A stretch of DNA of 64,000 nt, from positions 1-64,000 of the IMG/VR virus record IMGVR_UViG_3300004463_000226, one strand, 5' to 3'. Shown here piece by piece: positions 29,379 to 37,814 of the stretch. Both the position numbers and the translations under genes were made by a program. Within the stretch, counting starts at the first letter, position 1. Each line of letters begins with the position of its first letter. The notes beneath the pieces were generated by a model. The model saw only the letters and a list, made by a program, of their open reading frames with translations, had not been told where the DNA came from and searched no databases.

Positions 29379-31700
29379 CTATTGCTCTCTAATCAAACGA
29401 ATTGTATCTCTCAATACAGGTTTAGCCATAGTTTTATCTTTATACTTCATCTTAGAGCTAATAGATTTAAATTCCTGTATTAAAGAGTCTCTCAATTCCT
29501 CTTTGTGAGTAATTTTTGTAGTAATCTTTTTACCGACAAATCTATACATCATGTTCAATGTATTTTCATTAAAACCTAGAGTCTTAGATATTAACTCTAC
29601 ATCATGTATCATCTTTATCATATTATAATGACGACTATTCATCAGATAAAGAATATTGAATGATGAAAGATCTGTTGTATATGACTTAAAAAATCTAACT
29701 AAAGTCATAACTGCATTGAGCATTACGTTATTAGAATCATTTACTACGTAAAGATATTGGAGATCTTTTATAGCTCCATTTATTCTATATAGAATATGAT
29801 CTATGTGCTCAATTATATCATTTTCATCAACAGTCTCTACGAATGTTGATAGTAATGGATCATCATCCTCTAAATATTCAAGGAAGGTTGTAGCAATAGT
29901 ACCATCTTGTTTTTGAAATAATGCTTCTTGATGTTGTGTAACCATAAGAGTATCATGTAATTTTTTATATGCATGATATTCTTCAATATTCTGAGTATTA
30001 CCTAACCTTTCGACAATAAAATCATTAAGTTGTCTTATATTTGAAAACATTGAATTTATTTCGCTAATATCATCTATTTTCAAATCAAGAATCCATGATA
30101 ACATACGTTTGTCTAAATTAGGATTATTATTGATTTCATTCTTAATTAGAGTGAAATCTGCATAAAAATTAAATCCCATTACAGATAATATCTGTGTCGG
30201 TGATGATATTATATTACCTACCATTTTATTCTTCTTAGATATCAATGCACACATAAGTACAACAACGTTAAAGATAGGAATTTCCCGTTTATCAAACAGT
30301 TTAGGTAACTGTATAGTTACTGTACCTAGTTCATCTTTCTTATCAATTAACATTCTGAATATATAAGCCACTTCGAATAACATCTCAGTCATCTTATACA
30401 TAATATTCATATTGAGATACTTTGTCTCGACATAGTTATATTCAGAATCATAGAGAACCTTTTGTAATTCTTCGTCCTCATCCCACCAGAATGGATCGTT
30501 CTGAACTACCTGTTCATAAGTTAGCTTATTATTAATATCAGCGAGAGCTAGTGCAATATTTCTCTCACGAAGTTCTACCGTTTGGAAATATAACTCATAC
30601 ATAGCCTCATTATCTGGCACAGTAACAGTATCTCCATTGTCATCGATAATGGTCTTCGTTGCAAATATAGGACTATCATTGGAATCCATACGATGTTCTT
30701 TGATAAGGAAATACTTAAATATCTGGATGCGTTCGAATCCTAATATGTTACAAATATCATAGAGAACTTTATCCGTTGATTTGTAATGAAGTAAACTATT
30801 CATATTACGAACCAATGCTCTTTGATAATCTATGGGAAGATCTGCAATAAATGGTACATTATATGATTCCATAAGCATCTTAATAGAACCTAGGTCATAG
30901 AAGTCCCTTTGAATACCATTTTTAAATGAATTTGTTATCATACGTTGGATAGTCATGACCATAATCATCATTGCAATAAAATTATCATACAGGTCATATC
31001 TAGCAGAGAAGTCTTTATTATGAATAACAGTCATAAAGTATTCTCGACATTGTTCGTACATATTATTGAACTCATCGTAAAATGTCTCTGATACGTCTTT
31101 TGTCATTGCTAGGATAGCAAAGTTCCTAGAAGTTCTAGCTCGAAGAATATCTACCTTATTAGTACCTAAATAGTTAAGATACTTCTTAGAAGGATATTTC
31201 GCTCGAAGCTCATCCAGATATCCACGTTTCTCTAACCTAAGAATAGCTTCTTCATCTAATTGATGTACTGCTAGATCAGGATCTAAACCCAATAAAGTAT
31301 ATGTCTCGGGATCTAAAAAAACAAAATCTAAATCCTCATTATCAGGTAATCCTTGAAGAGATCTATAATAGTTATTAGTCTCCTCATAAGCACTTATAAT
31401 AAGTTTCCGTTGCTCAAGTACAATAGCTTCCCTAAACTCAATTGGTATTAGATCTTTACGAGTTGCATATAATTGGGCTAACTGTGTGTCTAGAATACCA
31501 GCATTGATTATTGCAAGTGGATTAAAGGTTTGATAAGTATGGAAAGTATCTTCCATATTTCTTGCAGATATGTATCTATCTGCATTCCTAAGGGAATCCA
31601 TGGTTTCGTTCTGTTTAGCCTTCTTTTCATATTTAATAACGACTGTATTCATAACTGTTCGCAAGTCGTTAAAAAATGTATCTAAAAAATACATGGACAC
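29379..31700 (-). CDS. Large putative structural (baseplate wedge-like) protein
   Basis: 773 aa with YEETNNYYRSL.GLP and LLHYKST..V..I..ILG motifs; adjacent to another structural gene. Confidence 0.5.
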   Translation of the reverse strand: MSMYFLDTFFNDLRTVMNTVVIKYEKKAKQNETMDSLRNADRYISARNMEDTFHTYQTFNPLAIINAGILDTQLAQLYATRKDLIPIEFREAIVLEQRKLIISAYEETNNYYRSLQGLPDNEDLDFVFLDPETYTLLGLDPDLAVHQLDEEAILRLEKRGYLDELRAKYPSKKYLNYLGTNKVDILRARTSRNFAILAMTKDVSETFYDEFNNMYEQCREYFMTVIHNKDFSARYDLYDNFIAMMIMVMTIQRMITNSFKNGIQRDFYDLGSIKMLMESYNVPFIADLPIDYQRALVRNMNSLLHYKSTDKVLYDICNILGFERIQIFKYFLIKEHRMDSNDSPIFATKTIIDDNGDTVTVPDNEAMYELYFQTVELRERNIALALADINNKLTYEQVVQNDPFWWDEDEELQKVLYDSEYNYVETKYLNMNIMYKMTEMLFEVAYIFRMLIDKKDELGTVTIQLPKLFDKREIPIFNVVVLMCALISKKNKMVGNIISSPTQILSVMGFNFYADFTLIKNEINNNPNLDKRMLSWILDLKIDDISEINSMFSNIRQLNDFIVERLGNTQNIEEYHAYKKLHDTLMVTQHQEALFQKQDGTIATTFLEYLEDDDPLLSTFVETVDENDIIEHIDHILYRINGAIKDLQYLYVVNDSNNVMLNAVMTLVRFFKSYTTDLSSFNILYLMNSRHYNMIKMIHDVELISKTLGFNENTLNMMYRFVGKKITTKITHKEELRDSLIQEFKSISSKMKYKDKTMAKPVLRDTIRLIREQ

Positions 31701-31777
31701 ATCTCCTTTCTCCGTACGGGAATAACATTATATTAAATAAATGTAGTAAAAATAAAACTGAAGGAGAGGTAATTGCT

Positions 31778-32437
31778 ATGTCACAGTTACTTAATATTGA
31801 TTTTAAGAAACCCAATAAGAATCCAACTATGGATGCTGAGACAAGTGAGTTTGAGTTACCATTCTATAAAGATGTTGAGTATTTTTCTAATATCGACAAC
31901 TTTGTAGGATTTATTAAGGCTGTTGAGCGTACTGTGCGCACGTCTAACTACTATTCTCGTTATATTGCATATATTAAAGAGGATATAGGATTAAAGAGAT
32001 GTCAAGTACTATCTAACATTGAGGAAGAAGATGAACAGGACAAGTTATTGGAGATGCACCATGGTCCAATCCTAACTTTATTCGATTACGCTGCTATTAT
32101 CACAGATTATCTACTAGCAAAGGATAAAAAAATAACAACCTTCTCAGTAGCTAATATTTTAATCCAAGAACACTATGATAATAATATCCAAGTTGTTATG
32201 TTATCCAAAACAGTACATGAACAAGTGCATGAGAATAACATTTTCCTTAACTTGAAACAGGCTTTTGGGAATCTTGACGCATTCTTAAAGAAATACCGTG
32301 AAGGTGTTCACCCTGAGCAAGTTAATAAAATCAATAAATATATTGAAGCGTCTATTAAGTATGACAGTTTTGATAAAGATGTATTGAAGTTATCGGGTTT
32401 TGTTAAAAAGTGGAAAAAAGATCACGATGAAGAATAA
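31778..32437 (+). CDS. HNH-like (His-Me finger) protein, paralog of 43927-44595
   Basis: C...EMHHGP...V.LS.TVHEQVH. True start is MSQLL at 31778 (GAGGT RBS), below a late-type motif at 31724. Confidence 0.6.
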   Translation: MSQLLNIDFKKPNKNPTMDAETSEFELPFYKDVEYFSNIDNFVGFIKAVERTVRTSNYYSRYIAYIKEDIGLKRCQVLSNIEEEDEQDKLLEMHHGPILTLFDYAAIITDYLLAKDKKITTFSVANILIQEHYDNNIQVVMLSKTVHEQVHENNIFLNLKQAFGNLDAFLKKYREGVHPEQVNKINKYIEASIKYDSFDKDVLKLSGFVKKWKKDHDEE

Positions 32438-32461
32438 TTAATTACTAGGAGGGCAACTAAA

Positions 32462-32851
32462 ATGAACTATCAATTACTATTTATTATAGCTTTATTATAT
32501 GTATCGACAATGGCTTTTGGATTTTTCTTCTTAAGACCAAGGAAGGAGAAGGAACAGTTAGTTCCTTCTAACTCCTATCCAGAACTGATGGGTATCCTCG
32601 AAGCAACCATTCAGAGAGAAATAGAGTATAAACATAACATGGATTATAAATTAAAGGATATAAGGATTATTTATGATTTTCAGAAGGATTTAAAGGAACT
32701 CACTGACAAGGTGATGAATTCTTTGGCTCCTTCTTTCCTTGAAGAGTTAGCATTCTATCATTCAAGGAAATATATCATCACTCATGTGACTAGATATATT
32801 CAAAATTTCCTTATTGAATACACGAGACAAAACAAAATAAAGACTAAGTAG
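32462..32851 (+). CDS. Membrane-anchored hypothetical protein
   Basis: N-terminal TM; GGAGG RBS; bidirectional hairpin at 32836-32877. Confidence 0.65.
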   Translation: MNYQLLFIIALLYVSTMAFGFFFLRPRKEKEQLVPSNSYPELMGILEATIQREIEYKHNMDYKLKDIRIIYDFQKDLKELTDKVMNSLAPSFLEELAFYHSRKYIITHVTRYIQNFLIEYTRQNKIKTK

Positions 32852-32880
32852 ACGATGATATCTACTTAGTCTTTATTCTT

Positions 32881-33123
32881 TTACTCTTCATACAATTCGT
32901 AAGTGCTTTCAAACACATGTGGCTTACAAGGGTAACGTTCGCCATCTAATCCTGTGATAACGTAATCATCTTCATCAATAAATGCTTTACCCTGATGAGT
33001 ATTAATATATGGTTTTACAGGATGATTGCTTCTTTCATCAAAGATTTTCTCGAATCCATCCTCCATACCTCTCTCATAAACTTCAGCTTTAATAGGAAAC
33101 CGCTTCTTTACATATAAAGGCAT
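32881..33123 (-). CDS. Conserved small phage protein (GE.YPCKP..F..TY family)
   Basis: YVKK..PI.A...I.T..G....DYVITG.DGERYPCKPHVFESTYE. Confidence 0.7.
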   Translation of the reverse strand: MPLYVKKRFPIKAEVYERGMEDGFEKIFDERSNHPVKPYINTHQGKAFIDEDDYVITGLDGERYPCKPHVFESTYELYEE

Positions 33124-33136
33124 AATTTTACCTCCT

Positions 33137-33409
33137 TTAATATATAATTTTTTGAAGTTCTTCTAGGCTGTTAGCTGAATAACATGAAACAATGTAAATT
33201 GTATTCGAGTGTTTATGAACAAGCTCATCATCATATGTCTTACACCAATAATCTAATTTAGGTATAAAATTTGCAGTTTCATTAATAATAACTTCATCTT
33301 TGGGAAATCCTTCCATTCTTACAACAATAGCAAAAAATTTAAAATCTTTCACTAGAGCAGCCTTGACATGCTCTGTTAAAAGCTGTTTCCTAGTCTTTCT
33401 TTCAGACAT
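33137..33409 (-). CDS. Conserved Bacillus phage hypothetical protein
   Basis: True start MSERK (GGAGG RBS); EVIIN...NF..KLDY...YD..L motif. Confidence 0.6.
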   Translation of the reverse strand: MSERKTRKQLLTEHVKAALVKDFKFFAIVVRMEGFPKDEVIINETANFIPKLDYWCKTYDDELVHKHSNTIYIVSCYSANSLEELQKIIY

Positions 33410-33420
33410 GGTAATTCCTC

Positions 33421-33825
33421 CTATATATAATATGATACTGCTAATGAAATAATAAGAATACGAAGTAAATGGAATGTTTGATCTATTTCTATGAGTACAA
33501 AAAACGGTAACTCTTCGATAACAAACCATTTATTACGCATAATTTTCTCTTCAAAAAATGTCTTCCACCAAATAACAGGCTTTCTAGTATCGACAATCAT
33601 ATGCTCAACAAATGTACCTAGAAATATGATTGCTGCTACGGTGTAGCTGACCAAAGGTACTACAAAACAAAAAGTAACTAATGAATATATTAGGCAATGT
33701 CTAAACCGATGTTTAAATGATTTGGCTTTGTTTGCTGCATCAGCATCAGATTGAAGAGGATAGTCCCCTATCTTATGTGCAACAAATTGAACTATAAATA
33801 ATGCACAAAAATGTAATAAGTCCAT
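33421..33825 (-). CDS. DUF3307-family membrane protein
   Basis: AH..GDY.LQ, H...Y, H..VD and DQ.FH motifs with TM helices. Confidence 0.8.
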   Translation of the reverse strand: MDLLHFCALFIVQFVAHKIGDYPLQSDADAANKAKSFKHRFRHCLIYSLVTFCFVVPLVSYTVAAIIFLGTFVEHMIVDTRKPVIWWKTFFEEKIMRNKWFVIEELPFFVLIEIDQTFHLLRILIISLAVSYYI

Positions 33826-33933
33826 TAAAATTTCCTCCCCATGATTCTTGGTAATTTTGGTTTCTTTATTTCCTTAATACATCCACAATCTTTATTAATA
33901 TGTGGAGTTTCGAGTTTAATAATCCTTCTTGGT

Positions 33934-34272
33934 TCAATACGTTTCTTTAGCAAATTCAATCACCAACTGGATGATAGATGCAATACCTGCAATAGCTAAT
34001 GTAACAATTATAAGGTTCTGTGGGTCTATGTAGTAGATAAATGCTACGATTAAGGCACACCAAAATCCCATACACCAATGACAACTGAGTAGATATCCTA
34101 TTCTACCTTTAGGAATAAGATAAATTTCACCTGATGCTGTTATGGTATTCGTATCTTCCCTGAAAAATGGAGCTCTTAGCCCATCAAAAGCAGCGTCAAA
34201 CATAAATAGACGCATTAATCTGAAAGTAGCTAGAGACATAATAATTAAATCTGTAATAGTATAATAATGCAT
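33934..34272 (-). CDS. DUF1360-family membrane protein (sporulation protein YjcA-like)
   Basis: LATFRL.RL...D..F..LR.PF, G.LLSCHWCMGFW and LAIAG motifs. Confidence 0.8.
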   Translation of the reverse strand: MHYYTITDLIIMSLATFRLMRLFMFDAAFDGLRAPFFREDTNTITASGEIYLIPKGRIGYLLSCHWCMGFWCALIVAFIYYIDPQNLIIVTLAIAGIASIIQLVIEFAKETY

Positions 34273-34337
34273 GTTTCTCCCTCCTTTTTATATTAACTGT
34301 TTCCGTGATAATAAAAAACAAAAAAATAAACCTAGAC

Positions 34338-34436
34338 TTAATGTCTAGGTTTACCTTTCTCTTGTATTATAATATCATATAACCATGTTAAAGCTCCAGC
34401 CATTATTAAACAGAAGACAACTTTATTCCAGTCCAT
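34338..34436 (-). CDS. Small membrane peptide, 32 aa (MDWNKVVFCLIMAGALTWLYDIIIQEKGKPRH)
   Basis: GGGGT RBS; single hydrophobic helix; stop codon lies in a terminator hairpin at 34328-34353. Confidence 0.45.
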   Translation of the reverse strand: MDWNKVVFCLIMAGALTWLYDIIIQEKGKPRH

Positions 34437-34478
34437 TAACAATCTACCCCATTACCTTTTTTAAATGAAGCAGCTAAC

Positions 34479-34877
34479 TTATTCTTGAATAAGTTTCGGC
34501 GTGTGAGCACCAAATCCGATTTCTCTATCTGGATCATGTTCTTTTTTCTTTTTCTTCTTGAGATGATCAACGGCTTCTTTGACAACATTCCCAACCATCT
34601 CCCTTTCTATGTTAAAATTAGCGATCTTAAGTTTTAACTCTGGTGTAAATACCGTAACACGGAAATCACCTTCAAGTAGTTCATATACTCTATGTTTATG
34701 TACTACATCTTCGGTGGGAGGAATACCTGGTATCCCACGATTTTTTAATATAGTATAGAAATCACCATAGAAATTCATCTTCACTGATAAATCACTTGAT
34801 TCTACGTATAATACATCTTCGGTGAGAATAGTTGATTCCCCTACTACATATCCTGATACCTTGTTGAATTTACTCAT
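34479..34877 (-). CDS. Hypothetical protein (early)
   Basis: Early motif at 34919, leader box and GGAGGT RBS before MSKFN. Confidence 0.65.
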   Translation of the reverse strand: MSKFNKVSGYVVGESTILTEDVLYVESSDLSVKMNFYGDFYTILKNRGIPGIPPTEDVVHKHRVYELLEGDFRVTVFTPELKLKIANFNIEREMVGNVVKEAVDHLKKKKKKEHDPDREIGFGAHTPKLIQE

Positions 34878-34942
34878 AATAATTACCTCCAAATAAATTT
34901 ATTATTGATTACCTATTTATAATATATAATTAGTACCACTGA

Positions 34943-35701
34943 CTATACTAAAATAGAAATCAGTGGTACTACGTAGTTCATATAATTATAAGAGATATCA
35001 ATATTATTCTTTTCCTTAGTATATTGGAGTCCAACCTTCTCACCAAATAATCTTTCATGAATTTTAAATAATGATTGAGTATTCAGTTCCCTATAGTAGC
35101 CGATATTTAACTCTTTGTTTTTATAATAATAAGCAAAGTCTTTTATTAATTCTATAACTTTCTTTCTATCAGCTATCTCATTCATCTTAAAGAAGTTATA
35201 TAAGAAGTCTAGCATATACTCTTTATGCAGTTCTAACAAATCATCACCGATACCCTTAACATCAATAGTATCCTTATTATAGTAGAACTCATAGTTGTTA
35301 AGATAATAATATGAAGTATATATATTCTTTTCAGCAAAGAGTATATTATCAAACTCTAATTCAAAGCACCGCTTAGTTGTTATAATAGCGTCTTTCTTAA
35401 CAGATAATATATGGTCATCTTCTATATTATTATTTTCAAAAAACCATTTACGAACTTCCATGAATTTTTCATTGAGCTTCTTGACGAGAGTTCTATCTTG
35501 TCTTTGATACATTCCTATCTGAATTTGTCTTTGTTTCTTTCCCAGAGTTTCGAGATATCTTATCTTATCATCATCTAGAAGTTTATATTTCTTCATAATA
35601 TTAAATCCAGCGGATTGGATATCGTACTCAATTATTTCATTAGCGATTATGTACTCTACATCCTTATTGAGATAACTATGTTTCTTATACAATGTTGACA
35701 T
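34943..35701 (-). CDS. Small protein resembling a family B DNA polymerase palm domain
   Basis: IEYDIQSAG (motif A-like D..S) and SVKKDAII (motif C-like Asp) at a suitable spacing; only 252 aa. Confidence 0.4.
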   Translation of the reverse strand: MSTLYKKHSYLNKDVEYIIANEIIEYDIQSAGFNIMKKYKLLDDDKIRYLETLGKKQRQIQIGMYQRQDRTLVKKLNEKFMEVRKWFFENNNIEDDHILSVKKDAIITTKRCFELEFDNILFAEKNIYTSYYYLNNYEFYYNKDTIDVKGIGDDLLELHKEYMLDFLYNFFKMNEIADRKKVIELIKDFAYYYKNKELNIGYYRELNTQSLFKIHERLFGEKVGLQYTKEKNNIDISYNYMNYVVPLISILV

Positions 35702-36086
35702 ATTTTCTATCCCTTGACATATATAATGATTTTAGCACTGTCAACGAAATATGATATATTGCATATCTGGCTATGTCTAGGTTATTAGCATCTTTACCAT
35801 ATTTCTTTTTTACCCTAGCAAGGTCTATGTCATTAAATTTAGTAGATGATATTACAAGGTCAATCAGCATTTCAATTATCTCAGTATCATCATAATTAAC
35901 AAAATAATTATTAGCAAATATAGTAGCATATACATCTACGTGCTCTTCAGTCATCTCAACACAATTTGGTGATATGTCTCTACTAGAAAATTCCTTTACT
36001 GATAAGAATCTTGGATCTTGACCGATAGATGATTTAATAGTGTAACAAAAACTTCTCCAATATTCATAGTGTCCTACTATATTCAT
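35685..36086 (-). CDS. Hypothetical protein
   Basis: AGGAGGAG RBS before MNIVG. Confidence 0.6.
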   Translation of the reverse strand: MNIVGHYEYWRSFCYTIKSSIGQDPRFLSVKEFSSRDISPNCVEMTEEHVDVYATIFANNYFVNYDDTEIIEMLIDLVISSTKFNDIDLARVKKKYGKDANNLDIARYAIYHISLTVLKSLYMSRDRKYVNIV

Positions 36087-36131
36087 ATTTTTCTCCTCCT
36101 GTTGCAAAAAGGGTAGACTTATGTCTACCCT

Positions 36132-36560
36132 TTATTCTGAATATGTTTCATTCAATTCTCTATATATTACATCAGCAAAATCTTCTTGATCATCGCCGAA
36201 TATAATCTTGAAATCTGTTATTCCTGAGTCAACAATTCTACTATACTGCTCTTGTCTAGCTTCAGTACCAATACTCAGTGGTCTAACTGGTTTCTCTCTA
36301 TAAACCCATTCAATTTGATCATCATCTTCTATGGATGGGAACGCTTCTAAGTCCATCCACCAGTCATTTCCTACAACTTTTAAATCTGATGGTACTGCTA
36401 CAAGTCCTGCAAACCCAGCATCTAAGTTCTCTTCATCTTCAGCCATTGCACTGAACTCGTCCCAGGTTAACTCAATATCCTCTGTACCAATCCATACTAC
36501 ATCACTTACATCTTTACCATTGTCTGCTAATACATCTAATGTGTGTTCTAAGAAGTTCAT
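36132..36560 (-). CDS. Acidic conserved phage protein
   Basis: MNFL..T..VL..NGK...DV.WIG...DL.VVG.DWW pattern seen in many phages; terminator at 36110-36131. Confidence 0.65.
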   Translation of the reverse strand: MNFLEHTLDVLADNGKDVSDVVWIGTEDIELTWDEFSAMAEDEENLDAGFAGLVAVPSDLKVVGNDWWMDLEAFPSIEDDDQIEWVYREKPVRPLSIGTEARQEQYSRIVDSGITDFKIIFGDDQEDFADVIYRELNETYSE

Positions 36561-36607
36561 ATTAACACCCCTAGTAAATTATTTTTTTACTCAAGCAACA
36601 TTATATT

Positions 36608-36706
36608 GAGGGAGCATGGTCCTTCGTCCACAGGCATCCGACAATGTTTTTTCTACGGTTGATAAGTGTATAGTGTAGGAGCTATACACTTATCTTATAG
36701 TTTTTT
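36608..36706 (+). ncRNA. Candidate ~100-nt small RNA, antisense to the flanking operon
   Basis: AACA-TTATAT-TG at 36597, 5' hairpin GAGGGA/TCCTTC, and a 13-bp terminator (36661-36694) with a T-run. Confidence 0.5.
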
Positions 36707-36762
36707 CAAAAATTACTTTTAACAAAAAAATATGACTCTAGGGATTCCCTAGAGTCATTTTA

Positions 36763-37059
36763 TTACCCAATATCTTCAAATATCAATCGTTTGATTCTTA
36801 ACTTATTAACATCAGCATCTTTAATTGTTTTGAATCGGCTTTTTCCGTTTTCATCAAATAACCCTTGAAGAAACATCTTAGCGTTATCTTTATCTAAGAA
36901 AACAGTGTCGCCAACATGACCTGTCCATAGAATAGTCATTTTCTTAGGATCTGGTTCAGGTTTCATAAGATAAGCGTTATTTGTATCTTCATGAAACTTG
37001 ATATTGAGAAACAATACTTTCTTACCTAAGTCTAACATAATCACAAATTGATCGAACAT
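36763..37059 (-). CDS. Hypothetical protein
   Basis: GGGGG RBS; terminator at 36732-36758. Confidence 0.6.
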   Translation of the reverse strand: MFDQFVIMLDLGKKVLFLNIKFHEDTNNAYLMKPEPDPKKMTILWTGHVGDTVFLDKDNAKMFLQGLFDENGKSRFKTIKDADVNKLRIKRLIFEDIG

Positions 37060-37083
37060 TTCATTTCCCCCAATATTATATTA

Positions 37084-37743
37084 TTAAGCTAAGAGCTTCT
37101 TAAGAAGCTGCTTAGCCATTTTTTCAGTGCCTAAATCTTTGTCAATCTTAACTCCTCTAGCTTTAGCTAGTTGTTTCATACCTTTCTTACCGAGCTTCTT
37201 AAGCTCTTTAAGATATCTTTCTTTATTACTTTCTGTATCTAATCTCACACCCTGACGTTCAGCTTTCTCAAACTTCTTAGCTAAGATCTTTTTAATCTCA
37301 TCTTTATTCTTAACCTTCAAAGCTTTATCAGGGTCTTTCATATACTTCTTATATGAATATGTCTTGAGCTTAAATACCGCTTCAATATATTCGCAAAGCA
37401 TTGATATGTACTCCAGCTCATCTTCTGAATGGGAGCATATTAAAACTATTTTCATATCTTTCTCCACTGCCGCCTTAACAATGATTGCAAGCAATGCTTC
37501 ATTGTCTGGTGTCTGTAGATAGCTTAGATATTGTCTTTTATACTCCTTCATATTATTCTCAAGAAACTGTGCAATGATCTTAGGAGTTGGCATTAAGCTG
37601 CTAATAGCTTTTACATTCTTGAATTTATCTTTTGTTGTAATGTAATCACTAATCAAGACAAACTCATACTTCATAGGATCTTCCACTTCTTGAATAAACT
37701 TATTTAAAAATTTCTTTGAATCCATACTAATAACTACACCCAT
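37084..37743 (-). CDS. Hypothetical protein with basic C-terminal helical (SAP/Rho-N-like) tail
   Basis: Lys-rich LKKLGKKGMKQLAKARGVKI C-terminus; AAGGAG RBS and leader box. Confidence 0.6.
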   Translation of the reverse strand: MGVVISMDSKKFLNKFIQEVEDPMKYEFVLISDYITTKDKFKNVKAISSLMPTPKIIAQFLENNMKEYKRQYLSYLQTPDNEALLAIIVKAAVEKDMKIVLICSHSEDELEYISMLCEYIEAVFKLKTYSYKKYMKDPDKALKVKNKDEIKKILAKKFEKAERQGVRLDTESNKERYLKELKKLGKKGMKQLAKARGVKIDKDLGTEKMAKQLLKKLLA

Positions 37744-37814
37744 TTTGCCGCTCTCCTTTAAATACTTATTATTGATTAGCTAGGTAGAGAGATAACCCTC
37801 TACCTAGAAATATC

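Noticed and set aside
32881-33123. Assignment as a known anti-defence sponge (Tad/Acb type)
   Set aside because: The motif family is recognisable, but I cannot match it to a characterised anti-defence protein without a search.
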